Positions 41,195 to 55,017 of a stretch of 64,000 nucleotides of DNA are shown here, one piece after another. The stretch comes from Octopus vulgaris (Eukaryota), in the NCBI GenBank assembly GCA_951406725.2, contig OX597831.1, positions 48,794,001-48,858,000 on the forward strand, written 5' to 3'. Under the pieces are notes generated by a model. It saw nothing but the letters and a program-made list of their open reading frames with translations, ran no database searches and had not been told where the DNA came from. The first letter of the stretch is position 1. Each line of letters starts with the position of its first letter. The position numbers and the translations under genes are program-made.

Positions 41195-41815
41195 CACACA
41201 TAATATTATTAACATCAATAATAATATGTAAGAAAATTTATGTCAGAACAGTATTATCCAAACTGGTGAAATTGTAACTCTGAACATCTGAAAAAATTTT
41301 AGCTGTTAAAAACGCAAACAAAAAGAAATGCCAAACCAAATTTAACTTTAAACATTCATTCATTCAACCAAGTGTGATGTCATTGAATAACTAATTTAGT
41401 TTATAACAATAAAATATAAAGATGCCATACTAATTCTTGTCTGCAGTTTTTTTTCTTCAGATATCCAGTGACAACATCAATTTTAGTAGATAAATATACT
41501 CATTTTCTATGTTATGTTTGTCTTTGCTTTTTTTTTTTCTATGTAGATTCAAATCGTCAAAAAATATGGAATTAGTATGGTATATTTTATATTTTATTCT
41601 TATAAACTAAATTAGTTGTTCAATGACGCCAATCTTGGTTGAATGAATGAATGTCTTAAGTGAAATTCAGTTTGGCATTTCTTTTTGTTTGTGCTTTTTA
41701 ACTGCTAAAATTTTTTCAGATGTTCAGTTAGAATTTCACCAATTTGGATTTCGATAATGTTGTGTTGACATAAATTTATGTTCATATTATTATTAACTTC
41801 AATAATATTGTGTGT
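41195..41815. mobile_element. Foldback/MITE-like element with inverted arms of about 240 bp
   Basis: 41195-41436 is the imperfect reverse complement of 41569-41815 (e.g. cattcattcattcaaccaag / cttggttgaatgaatgaatg). Confidence 0.8.
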
Positions 41816-42008
41816 GTGTGTGTGTTTGTGTGTATATATATATCTATTTATGTATGTATATGAAACAATTGTTGAATTTTCAAGGTATGATCTAAAATAA
41901 AGATATTATTTTCTTCATACATATCATTGATTGTTTTGTGACCTTGTGTGTACCGTTGGCGATTTTTTTTCCTCTGTCTTCCCTTCTCTGGAACTTTCCT
42001 TCTCCTAT

Positions 42009-42043
42009 GTTTCTGACGAAGAGCTCCGCGCGAAACGTTAAAC
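42009..42043 (+). ncRNA. Minimal hammerhead motif in Penelope-like fragment 41935-42142
   Basis: gttt CTGACGA a gagc tcc gcgc GAAA CG TT aaac. Palindromic AACGTT replaces stem III; one mismatch in stem II. Confidence 0.6.
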
Positions 42044-42821
42044 CCTCCTTCTTTCCTTCTTTCCTGAACATCCAATAATACTATATTTGTTCCACGTCCT
42101 CGCGTTGTTGTGTTTTTTTGTGCTTTCTTGTTTGGATTAACTATATATATATATATATATATATGGTAATCAATAACCCACACGTTTATGTGTATTTCAC
42201 TGAAATATATATATATATATATATATATATCACATCAAAGAAAATTCCAATGAATCGGTGTTATGAAACAAAAATACTTAGTGATATTTATTCACCCAAG
42301 TTGTACAGAAACTCCCTTGTCATCTCATCATCAGAAATGTGATGAACCATGAATTGGTTCATTGGAATCCTATATGCAGTGTTGTTATTTGATCAAATGT
42401 ATATTGGTATCCATGTTGTTGAGTAGATTGGGAATAAACCAATATTGCTAAACAAGAACGAACTGTGATAGGTTCAGGCTCTGTGGTTAAAAAGATCATT
42501 TAACAACTATGTAGTTTGGGGTTCAATCCCACTCCACAGCTCCTTGAACAAGCGTTTCTCCATACATATATATATACATAGATATTTTTCAATAATAATA
42601 ATATATATGACTTGAGATGTTTGCCTTGCCTTAATGTTTGTTGTCCTCTTTAACAATTATATATCTGCTATATCAGAAATATGCAATGGCTCCATAACTA
42701 CCGTCCTAGTTATAACCTTGGAGCCCTAGTTATCCGTTACAGCACTTACCTAGCGTACCTAATCGTTTAGATCACCTGTGAACTAAACCCCCACATTTTG
42801 TGTGTGTGTGTATATATATAT

Positions 42822-42935
<114 letters not shown>

Positions 42936-43433
42936 GTGTGTGTGTGTACTTTATTGTTCCATTATAGATAAGATCAACAAAAGATGTACTCCCCTGAGAG
43001 AGATTAATATCATTTATTTAATATACACAATTTAAAAAGAGTTACTGATAATTTCATGCTGTAGAGATACAGTAATTTGGCAAATTTATTTACCATGCCA
43101 TGTGTCTCCAAGTAATCTTTTGGGCTCAGTGCATACCATTAGATGTATTTGAAAACCTGAATGCTAGTCTATGACAAAATGTGAGAAAAAGGGAAATAGT
43201 TTTCAGAACATTTATGAAGAAAAGGTCTTACAGCTGTTTCCAGCATATTTTATATATCCTTTCTTCAGAGACGGTGCAAGAAAATGTTTGAGTATTAATT
43301 ATTGTAGAGAAGATATGAAATACAGAGGGAAAAAAGAGAATGAAAATATATATATATATATATATATACTTGAATAATGGAACTGCAAATACAATATCCT
43401 TATGTATCTCACTATTATATATATATATATAAA

Positions 43434-43732
43434 TCGTGATCACGTGACCGACCAGGCTATCAGATGTTGTTACACGTCGCTGGTCACAATGCGCTTCACA
43501 TTGTTTTAGCCTTCAAATGACGCCACCCCACTGGCTAAGTGAGCAGGCCAACAGAAGAAAGAGTGAGAGAAAGTTGTGGTGAAAGAGTACAGCAGTGATT
43601 GCTAGAGCTGGAGCCTCATGGAGTTTTAGGCGTTTTCACTCAATAAACACTCACAATGCCCGGGCTGGGAATCAAAACCGCGATCCTACGGCCGTGAGTC
43701 CACTGCCTTAACCACTGGGCCATTGCGCCTCC
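43434..43732 (-). mobile_element. tRNA-derived SINE family C in (TA)n
   Basis: Head ggaggcgcaatggcccagtggttaagg...ggttttgattccc. The same 3' tail occurs alone at 13665-13777. Confidence 0.8.
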
Positions 43733-44302
43733 ACATATATATATGTGTTTAATCCATCTGAGCATGAAGAATTAGACATTAATGATGATGACAATAAATT
43801 GAAGGCAATAACCATCAACATTTATTTGTCTAGTAATTGATAATATCAAGAACAAGAATGGGAGGAGGAGAAGGACGACGACGACGAGGAGGAGGAGGAG
43901 AAAGAGGAGAAGGAAGAGGATTTTTATCAAGCAAATAATTTTCCTTGAAATGAAATTCACAATTTATTAATTATTAACTTCCAAGCTGTAAATTTGAGTG
44001 AAAAAGACCAATTACACATCAGTGGGGCATTAATGGCATGAATCTATCCAGAAAATCATCAAGAACTACCCTATAAGTCATCAGATTACTCCACCATCCA
44101 AATTCTTTATCTGTTTGTTTATTTATCCAACTTTGGGCCATTTATCTGCCTATCTACTTCTGTTCTTGCAACTGTATCATCATGTCTGACCATTCTCCCA
44201 ATCATGTTCCTTCCTATATGAAAGAAATAAGATGGGAGCCCCCTCTGTTTGATTGCTTGATCAGTTAGTAATTGCATCTTTATTTCACTTCAAATCACAG
44301 TC

Positions 44303-44323
44303 TGCCGCCGCCGCCGCCGCCGC

Positions 44324-44387
<64 letters not shown>

Positions 44388-44727
44388 TTCTTCTTCTTCT
44401 TCTTCTTCTTCTTCTTCTTCTTCTTCTTCTTCTTCTCATCCTCCTCATCCTCATTCTCCTCATCCTCATCCTCCTCATCTTCATCCTCCTTCTTCTTCTT
44501 GGTGGTGGTTGTGGTATTAGTTGTCATCACCATCATCTTCCATTTCTTCTTTCATATCTTCTTCTTCTTCTTCTTCTTCATCTCATCCTCCTCATCCTTC
44601 TCATCCTCATCCTCTTCATCCTCCTCATCCTCATCCTCCTCATCCTCCTTCTTCTTTGTGGTGGTTGTGGTATTAGTTGTCATCACCATCATCTTCCATT
44701 TCTTCTTTCATTTCTTCTTCTTCTTCT
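44303..44727. repeat. Compound (GCC)-(ATC)-(TTC)-(TCC) trinucleotide array with an internal block duplication
   Basis: ggtggttgtggtattagttgtcatcaccatcatcttccatttc occurs twice. Confidence 0.9.
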
Positions 44728-45374
44728 GATGCTGCTACTGTCGCTGCCCCCCCCCCCTTGTCCTCCCCCATTTTCCTTCAGTATTATCACTTACCAAACC
44801 AAAAAATAAACCGAGATGGTCATTACCATCAGTTTACTGAACAAAAAAAAAAAGCTTAGACAACAAAATGGAAAGAAAAATTAGCTTTCCTCAATTTCCA
44901 TATGAAACTTGAATTCTTTATTTGGTTTTTAAAAAAAATTATCCTTCTAGCCATATTGGAGCTGTGCCACAATCTCCTAAGTGTCTTTTAACATATCTTC
45001 ATATTTTTTTTGTATATCTGTGTGTGTGTGTGTGTGTGTGTGAACTAGGTTGTGATTGGATTTATCTTCCATTGTCATATTGCTTGAAAGAATGTATTTT
45101 CTCTTCTTATAGTATCATTATTAATATCGCTACTAAGGCGGCGAGCTGGCAGAATCGTTAGCATGCTGGGTGAAATGCTTAGCAGTATTTCATCTGCCGC
45201 TACGTTCAGTGTTCAAATATATATTATTGTATCTTGAGGGAGTCATTCTGTTTTAATGCCTAATTAATTAATTAATAAGACATTAAAACAGAATGTCTCT
45301 TCCCAGACACAATAAGATTTGCTTCAACACACGAATTCACTTAAAGAATCTGGCCAACCAAATACAAAAGCAAA

Positions 45375-45423
<49 letters not shown>

Positions 45424-46414
45424 TGTACGTATGGATGTATGTATATCCAGCCATCACTCTATCTTTCTTTGCTGTATATTGGTGTAATTCACATATGCAC
45501 AGATATATATTACAGGCTTTGTAATAAGGAGGAAAGAAAAAAATAAAGGCTCTTAGTTTGACTTGAAAAACAAACTTCAAAACAAAATACAAGAAATGAA
45601 AATACTCTGCCCTCTAACTGGAAAACTTGTTGCATGAATCTATATTCTTTCGCTACCCAAATCTCTTAGCCAATCCTCCTGAATTTGCTATACATGTCAA
45701 AGAAAGAGGCAGATTGAACCATACACTTTTTCCCTTGACATCACTTCCTCCCTCTTTTCCGGTGCCTAACATCTCTCCTCAGGCTTCTTCCAGCTTTCTT
45801 CTACCAAATCCACTCACAAGGCTCTAGTTAGCCTGTAGCTATAACAGAAGACATTTGCCCAAGGTACCATACCTATTTATTTACTACCCACAAGGGGCTA
45901 AACACAGAGGGGACAAACAAGGACTGACAAATGGATTAAGTCGATTACATCGACTCCAGTACGTAACTGGTACTTAATTTATCGACACCAAAAGGATGAA
46001 AGGCAAAGTCGACCTCGGAAAAAAAAAAATATGGAACGCTTCAGGAATTGGCATGTCATCCCAAGGTACCATACCATGAGACTGAACCCAAAACCATGTA
46101 ACCAAGAAGTGAACTTCTTAACTGCACAACCATGCCCACAACCAACACAGTGAGGATATTTGCTTTCCTTCTCCAAATCATCAGAATAATTAAAATGATA
46201 TTAGTCATGGACTAATATTGATTTTTACCTCCCTGCATACATAATTATTGCAAATTTTTAAGACTTTTATTTATATTGTTAATTACTATTTTGTCACTCC
46301 TTAACTATTCTGCAAAAGATTTCTCTCTACATCAGCATAGAAAATAATCTTTGACAAAGTGAGTGAGTCACTTTTCTGATTCAATCTCATCTATTTTGAT
46401 AGTCATATATTTCA

Positions 46415-46464
<50 letters not shown>

Positions 46465-47319
46465 AACCAATGTAAATGTAAATTACTTTAATGAATAAAT
46501 AATATTTGCTTATAGATAATATATATATTTACATATGTTGTAGTAATGTAAAACCGATTGTTGTTTTCTGAAATAAGCGTTACGTGTTTGAATGACAGCA
46601 TGTTGAGTTTAGTGAAATAAATGAGAAATTTATAGAAATGCTGTAGAGCAGTGTATTTGCAGTATGCTATGAATATATAATGAAAAGTGTGTGGCTTAGT
46701 GATTTGGGTGTTACAGTCACTGTCACAAGATCATGGCTTTGATTTCCAGACCAGGCAGTGCATTGAATTTTTGAGCAAGACACTTTATTTCACATTGTTT
46801 CAGTTAACTCAGCTGTAAAACGAGTAACCCTGTAACAGACCAGCATCCTGTTCTAGAGGAATTTTGTGATTTTGGTCACACTTATACACTGTTGAAGAAG
46901 GCTCAATCATGAGGTAGTGAGTTCGATTCCCAGACTAGGCAGTGTTTTGTGGTTCTTAAACAAGACACTTTATTTCATGATACTCCAGTCTACTCAGCTG
47001 TAGAAATGAGTTGTGGCATCACTGGTGCCAAGCTGTATCAGCCTCTGCCTTTCCCTTGGACAACATCTGTGGTGTGGAGAAGGGAGGCTGGCATGCATCG
47101 GCAACTGCTGGTCTTCCATAAACAATCTTGCCCAGAGTTGTACCTTGAAGATGCAATCTAGATGCAATCCCATGGTTACTCATGACCCAAAGGGGTCTTT
47201 ACCCTTCTACACTATAGGGACTGAGTAGCCGGCCAGTAATGTCTAGTTTGATGATGATATAAACCCATAGCTCTGGTGTCAATGAAGTAGCTCTTATGTA
47301 GTTATGTAGAAGTGTATAA

Positions 47320-47774
47320 TAGTCCTTTTTATTATAGGCACAAGGCCTGAAATATTGGGGGAAGTGGATAGCCAATTACATCAACCCTGGTACTCGATCC
47401 CAAAAGGGATGAAGGGCAAAGTCAACCTTGGCAGAATTTGAACTTAGAACATACAGATAGACAAACAGACAAAATGCTGCTAAACATTTTACTTGGCATG
47501 CTAAGGATTCTGCCAGCTCACCGCATAATAATAATATTATAATAATAATAATAATAATCCTTTCTACTAAATGCACAAGGCCTGAAATTTGGGGGAAGTT
47601 GATTACATCGACCCCAATACTCAACTGGTACTTATTTTATCGACCCCGAAAGAGATGAAAAGTAAAGTTGACCACAAAGGAATTTGAACTCAGAACATAC
47701 AGATGGACAAAATGCTGCTAAACATTTAACCCAGCATGCTGGCATTTCTGCCAGCTTGTTGCCTAATGATGATG

Positions 47775-47824
<50 letters not shown>

Positions 47825-48055
47825 TATTATTATTATTATTATTATTATTATTGTTAAGGTAACAAGGTAGCAATATCATTAGCTTGCTGGGCAAGACGTT
47901 TGTCTTTACATTCTGAATCCAAATGCTGCAGAAGTCAACGTTGCCTTTCATCCTTTCATGTCAATGAAATAAGCTCCGGCTGAGAACTGGTGTCAAAGTG
48001 ATTGACTAGCCTCTTCCCCCAAGCTTTTAGGCCTTGTGCCTATAACAGAAGTTAT
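47320..48055. mobile_element. Cluster of SINE family B (two -, one +) around AAT/ATT arrays
   Basis: Conserved core and heads; the AAT to ATT switch at about 47824 is palindromic. Confidence 0.75.
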
Positions 48056-48676
48056 TGTTGTTGCTTTTGTTTCTTATGTATTCATTTTAGTTTCCAAAAG
48101 ATGGAACTGGCTTCGTACAATCTATATATTAATCTGCTTGTCTGTTCACCCCTTATACTTTAGTTAATTAGAGAAGTGGAGGTGGAGTGAGTGAGACGTG
48201 GAGTCAAAAGTGAGTGAGAGGGGGAGAAATGCAAGTAGAGAAGAAAGAAGCGAGGAGTATAATAATACACTAAGGCCAAATGCGTCACGTGATTAGTTGA
48301 AGGGAGAGGTGAAGAGCGAAAGAAAAAGATGGTGAGATAAAAGTGGGAGAGAGAAGTGTTAATGATGTGCCATAAGTTGAGGAGGGAAAGATGAAGAGAC
48401 AGAGAGAAATATAAAGTGCTTAGCAGAGGGAAATTTTAAAATCATATGATATATAATTGTAACTGGAAGTGAAATAACTTAGCAAAATTAAAATAAAAAT
48501 CATCCTTTCTTTCTTAAATAGCTTCTCTTAATCTTTTTTATTCTGTGGAATTTCCAGTGGACCCACTAGTTCTGTGGAATTTCCATATGACCCACTAGTG
48601 GAATTTCCACAGGTCCCACTAGAACTTTTGAAGAGGATTAGTCCTTACAGTTCTATATTTAAGAGATGAGGAATTA

Positions 48677-48970
48677 TGTACGTAATTTACATTTGATGGA
48701 TATTTGTCCTAATCTTGTTTGTTGTTAATACAACGTTTCAGCAGATATACCCTCCAGCCTCCTTCAGGCGTCTTGGGGTCGAACTCGGAATCTTGGGGTT
48801 AGTAGCCTGCACTCTTAACCACTACGCCATATGCCTTAGGAATGAGAACTCTGGTTTGAAATTTCCCCAAGACACCTGATGAAGGCTGGAGGGTACATCA
48901 GCCGAAACATTGTGTTAACAACAAACAAGATGAGGACAAATATCCATTGAATGTAAATAATGTAAATAAT
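48677..48970. mobile_element. Penelope-like inverted terminal repeat pair, each arm with a hammerhead-like motif
   Basis: Arms 48677-48778 and 48865-48970. The + arm (48871-48916) reads gacac CTGATGA a ggctg gagggtacat cagcc GAAA ca TT gtgtt. Confidence 0.65.
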
Positions 48971-49061
48971 GCAGTATTAGTCCTTAGCAGAAACAACAGC
49001 AAGCAAAACCTAACTCATGGGATCTCACATGTTGTGTGATGGGAGTTTCACCTTAAATATA

Positions 49062-49473
49062 TACTCTTACTCTTTTACTCTTTTACTTGTTTCAGTCATT
49101 TGACTGCGGCCATGCTGGAGCACCGCCTTTAGTCGAGCAAATCGATCCCGGGACTTATTCTTTGTAAGCCCAGTACTTATTCTGTCGGTCTCTTTTGCCG
49201 AACCGCTAAGTGACAGGAACGTAAACACACCAGCATCGGTTGTCAAGCAATGCTAGGGGGACAAACACAGACACACAAACACACACATATATATATATAT
49301 ATACATACATATATATGACAGGCTTCTTTCAGTTTCCGTCTACCAAATCCACTCACAAGGCATTGGTCGGCCCGGGGCTATAGCAGAAGACACTTGCCCA
49401 AGATGCCACGCAGTGGGACTGAACCCGGAACCATGTGATTGATTAGCAAGCTACTTACCACACAGCCACTCCT
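49062..49473 (-). mobile_element. SINE family A, young subfamily
   Basis: Nearly identical to 57475-57887, including diagnostic bases; CpGs retained. Confidence 0.9.
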
Positions 49474-49924
49474 ATATATACGTTTTAAACAAATTTGTTT
49501 TACTTACTGCATATTTCGTTTATAATAATTTATCGTTTATAATAATTTATCTATATATCTATTATATCTTTTTAGCTTTATGCACACTTTTAAAATCCCT
49601 CCTTTGCATTGGATCTCTGACTCACCCACCTTCTTCATTTTGATATAAATTTTGTGGCCTGCCCCCCCCCCCCCCACCATCTCACCATCACATCTTGTCA
49701 TACCATTTCATATTTATTTTACTTTAATGACGATGTATGTAATTACCTTCATCATCATCATCAACATCATCATTATTATTATTATTATTATTGTTATTAT
49801 TATTATTATCATTATCATCACCTTTATTTTATTATTATTATTATTATTATCATCATCATCATCATTATTATTATTATTATTATTATTATTGTTATTATTA
49901 TTATCATTATCATCACCACCTTTA

Positions 49925-49978
<54 letters not shown>

Positions 49979-49995
49979 CTTCTGTTTCATTACAG

Positions 49996-50104
49996 TCAGG
50001 AAGAGGCCGTTAAGATAGAGGATGAGCTGCTAACAGAATATGCTTTCAATGTTCCACAACTATTAGAGTTGGCAGGATATAGCTGTGCTGTGGCCATTAC
50101 ACAG
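49996..50104 (+). CDS. NAXE: Internal exon of a YjeF_N-domain protein (NAD(P)H-hydrate epimerase NAXE/APOA1BP or YJEFN3-like)
   Basis: Acceptor ttcattacag| and donor CAG|gtgaag; 109 nt, phase 2 to phase 0. Peptide [36 protein letters not shown] aligns without gaps to human NAXE [36 protein letters not shown], whose exon 2 is recalled from memory to have the same size and phases. Confidence 0.88.
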
Positions 50105-50579
50105 GTGAAGCATTTCTCATATTGATTCAGACAGATTCTCAAATATGTTTAGATTCTTGCAATTTGTTTCTGTTATTGTTGTTGTTGCTGTTGCCGTTGT
50201 TGTTGTTTTACTACTCTACAAGATGTGCATGTGTGTGAGTGTATGTGTGTGTGTGTATATTTGCTGGTGTTAATTTTGTAGGACTGCATGTGTGTGTTTT
50301 ATGATATTGTGTTCGCTTTATGGTATTGTGTGCATGTGTGTGTGTGTGTGAGTGTGTATGTGTGTGCATGTTTGTGTGCATGTGTGTGTGTGTGTGTGTG
50401 AGTGTGTATGTGTGTGCATGTTTGTGTACATGTGTGTGCATGTGTGTGTGTGTGCGTGTGTGTGTGTGTGTGCATGTGTGTGTGTATGTGAGTTAGCATA
50501 TTTATGGTACTGTTGTTTTTGAGGTACTGTGCATGTGTGTATATGTGTGTATTTTTCTCTGCTATTATTACTATACATG

Positions 50580-50618
<39 letters not shown>

Positions 50619-50814
50619 ACACACAATAACAAATTCACAAAATCACAAAAATATATGAATTAATACATACAAAAATATGAAACAACATACTTATATACAC
50701 AGGTGCTCTCTCACCCCTTTCTCTTGTTTTCCTTTGCCCTTTCCCTCCCGCTTCCCTCTTTCCCACCACTCTCTCTCTCTCTAACAAACATATCCATGCC
50801 AACATTTCTATCAC

Positions 50815-51185
50815 TAATGGACAGCACTTACAAAATTGGTAAACAGCACACCGCCCATAATTTTTGGGAACTTTTATTTTTCATGCTCAGAATTGCCAAA
50901 GCATGGAATAAACAACCCATGCCAGTTGTTAGCTGTCAGGACACTACATCCTTCACAAAATTCCATGCTTTCCAAAATTCACCAACACTGCTCCTGTTGT
51001 GTCTATACACCTTCGTTCTTCTTTATGACTTTTTCATACTTCTTCATTTTCTTGTGTTTTATTATGAGTACCATGTATGTACTTTGAGCTGTATTTGCTG
51101 TCTTTATTTACTCAACTTATCACTTTTTGTTGCCTCTTTTCACCTTTTTTTTTAACTCTTTCTTGACAAGTTGTTGTATGACTGA
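50815..51185 (+). mobile_element. CR1/L2-type LINE 3' remnant
   Basis: YKIGKQHTAHNF...FFMLRIAKAWNKQPMPVVSCQDTTSF; homologous to 29640-30020. Confidence 0.65.
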
Positions 51186-51593
51186 GCCTGGGGCTTATAT
51201 TCCGGGTGTGCTAGGTATGCAGTGCACACCAATCGAAAATGGCAAATTCATTATAAATATTGACCTCATTCATTAATTTAATCACAAATCTTAACAGAAA
51301 ACTTTAAAATGTGGTGGTATTGGCTGTAGCAACACACCCAACACAACAACCACCATATGTCAGTGGAATAAGCTCTATATACAATAAGCTTGTTACTAAA
51401 AGTGGAAAACTGACAGAATCATTAGCAGATCAGACAAAACGCTTAGCAGTTTTAATTCTTGCTCACCAAGATCATCTTTGCCTTTCATCCTTTCAGGATC
51501 AATAACATAAATACAGTTGAGTGCTAGGGTCAATGTAATCGATTATCTCCTTCCACCAAAATTTGCGGTTTTGTGTCTATAGTAGAAAGGATA

Positions 51594-51641
<48 letters not shown>

Positions 51642-52178
51642 GAGTGAGAGAGCAGTGCATTCCATCAAAGTGACACTGGGGTAAAATATACAAATCCCAG
51701 TATACTCAACATGGATACCCGTCTGATAAGGGTACACCAGGCACATGCATCACAAAGTTATGTGTGCAACACAGTGATCTCATATCAAGATAAACAGCAC
51801 ATGACCTTGCAGGTGGGGGCCCAGTTAGAATTTTCTTCTGGTCGAGTTGCCCATCCCACTCAAAAGGTCCTTGAATAAGGGTTGTTTAAGGATGTTGAAC
51901 GAACCACCCATGTTTCCAAAGCTGAATTATCCAAACCTCCAAGAATTCCTTTCAACACACAGCTATGATGCTCCCCCACTACTTCCGCTTGTGATCAGAG
52001 ATGCACATATCATCAGCTACTAAGGGACATGGTCAACTGGTTATGGTCAAACAACTGACAAGCAAATCTGTCGTATTGAGCAGAATATTTGCTGTAGCCC
52101 ATCTTTTATACCAAGACAAAACAATGTACATGATAACACTTCCAACCAGTTAAGATCAGAAGCCACAAGAGCCACTGC
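51642..52178 (-). mobile_element. (AAT)n-embedded repeat, copy 2
   Basis: Reverse complement of about 4748-5273. Confidence 0.75.
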
Positions 52179-52182
52179 GTTA

Positions 52183-52220
<38 letters not shown>

Positions 52221-52490
52221 GTTATTATTATTATTATTATAAGATGTATGAAGGTGATGAACTGGGAGAATCCTTAGCATGTTGGATAAAACGTTTAGCA
52301 GCATTTCTTCTGGCTCTTTCTATTCTGCATTCAAATCCTACAAAAATTAACTTTACCATTAATCCTTCTAGGATCAATAAAATTAAGTATCAGTCAAATA
52401 CTGGGTCAATATAATCAATAATCCTCTTTCCCTGAAATTACAGGCCTTGTGCTAAACTTAAAGAGAAATTATTACTATTATCACTAGTAC

Positions 52491-52623
<133 letters not shown>

Positions 52624-54677
52624 GTTATTATTATTATTATTATTATCTACTCAATACCTATGAAGGCACATGGCTTTATGGTTTGGGTTTTCAGCTCATG
52701 ATCCTAAGGTTATGAGTTCAATTCCAGATAGCACATTGTGTGCTTCTGCAAAACACTTTATTTCATATTCCTCCAGTTCACACAGTTGGCAAAAAATGGG
52801 TTGCACATATATTTTAAAAGGCCAACTTTGTCACATTGTATCTCACACTGAACCTCTCTGACAACTACATTAAGGGTACATGCGTTTGTGACATGCACAG
52901 CTGCCTGCATGATAATTTCATGAGCTGGCTGTTCCATTTATCAGATCAACCGGAACACTCATCATCATCATAATCAACAGAGTGCCAGTTAAGTTAATAT
53001 TCAGACATGCAGAAATGTTCAGCTACATAAAAAAATATGGATTTCTAAAAGTTTCTGTTGAATTTAAAGTAATCTAAAGTAATCTACCATACTTAACAAA
53101 ATTATCAAAATAATATTATGGGTATGTCTGTGCCGGTGGCATGTAAAAAGTATTCATTACACTCTTGTAGTGGTTGGCATTAGGAAGGGCATCCAGCCAT
53201 AGAAATCAAGCTAACTCTGGAACCTGGTGCAGCTCTCTGGCGTTTTTACAAGTTCCAGTCAAACTGTCTATGCCATGCCAGCATGGAAAGCAGATGTTAA
53301 ATGATGATGATTATGATCATCATCATCATATTGTCTTTTCCTCACCACCATTATTTCTTTTTTTTTTTCTTAACGCTCTTTGAATTGTGTTGATAGAAAT
53401 TTAATTATTGTCTAAAAATGTTAGTAAAACAAAATAAAGGAACCGGAATCACTTACATTTCTAAGCTATAAGTCAGCCCAGTCCTGTCTGAGCAGATTTA
53501 TGCTGAGAGACATTCCAGTTGTGACCACCCTCTACAATCAACTAAATGCATTTCTGATTTTTTTTATTTTGTTTAGTTATTTTTTTGTAGACATTAGAAT
53601 GTGATTTCAGGAATGTATGACTGCTATTTCTAACAGACCAAGAAAAATATAGTGGTTCTTCTATTGGTGTGTGGTTTACTCATAGTTATTTAATTCAAGG
53701 CCATCATAACATTTTTTGACATTTATCAAGATATATCTCTTAACCCATGAAAAGTTAGCAAGAAATGTAAAATACTGTCTTTTATGTTTTACTTGTTTCA
53801 GTCATTAGACTGTGGCCATGCTGAGGTACGGCCTTGAAGAATTTTTAGTCAGTACTTAGTTTTTCTTCAGCCTGGTATTAATCTATCAGTCTCTTTTGTC
53901 AAACAGCTAAGTTATCAGAGCACAAACACACCAACACTGGCCATCAAGTGGTTATAGGAGACAAACATGAATACACACCCATACACACAAACGCACACAC
54001 ACACATGTATATATATATATATATATAATTCTTTTATATAGTGTGATGATGGGGACTGCTATCTCTAAATAACACACACATATATATATACTTTATTGAA
54101 AAACAGCTACTTTTCGATAAACCATATTACTCTACCTTTGGTATTTGTGTACTTTTTTTCCATCTTGTTTCACATTTATGTGCTTACTCTGATATATATA
54201 TATATGTATATACATATATATATATGTGTATGTATGTATGTATGTATGTATGTATGTATGTATGTATGTATGTATGTATGTACGTACGTACAATGGCTTC
54301 TTCCAGTTTCTGTCTACCAAACCCACACACAAAGTTTTATTTAATCCAGAACCATGTGGTTAGGAAGCAAGCTTCTTACCACACAGCCACTCCTTTGCCT
54401 ATAAAGAATGTAAAAAAAATAGTAAAAAAAAAACATATAAGCACCAAGTAAAATAATAAAAGTAAAAATAAACCATAAACACTAAGTGAGTAACAGAGAA
54501 AACCTGGTTGTCTGTAACAGTAATAGCAATAAGCCAACTAAAAAAAAGCCTTTTACCATTGAAAAAATTAAATAGCCATACAAACAGTTTATACAAGAAA
54601 CTAAAAAGCATTAGTAACAACTAATGCTAATTTCTTACACAGGCAGAAGGCCAGAAATTTGTGTGACGGATATAATT

Positions 54678-55017
54678 CAATGGTTCTTGATCATTTTTCG
54701 TTTATGGACCCCTCTGATCGTTGCTCTATTGTCATGGACCCCCCGTAGACATTTGGTGTTAAAAAACTAGATTTTTAAATATGTCTGTCAAAATTCCTAA
54801 TTTGTGTTCCACACATTAATTTGTGTAGGTGGAACTAAGTAAAACATTAGAGAAAGAAATCTAGCTGTTTCTTCCAATAAATACATCCGAAGCAAAATTT
54901 TGTCATGTACTCTTAATAAATGATTGTGGGTCCCCAATTTACTATTTTGCTTGCAAGGACCCTCCAAAATCTCATATGGAAACCCAGGGTTCATATGGAT
55001 CCCAGTTAGAACCACTG
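54678..55017. mobile_element. hAT (Charlie-type) MITE
   Basis: TIRs caatggttct / agaaccactg; TSD atataatt vs atatagtc (6/8); resembles the 1853-3077 element. Confidence 0.6.

Noticed and set aside
49652-49995. N-terminal part of the 157-aa ORF (poly-I/L/Y)
   Set aside because: Intronic (ATT)n read-through; only 49996-50104 has splice sites and homology.
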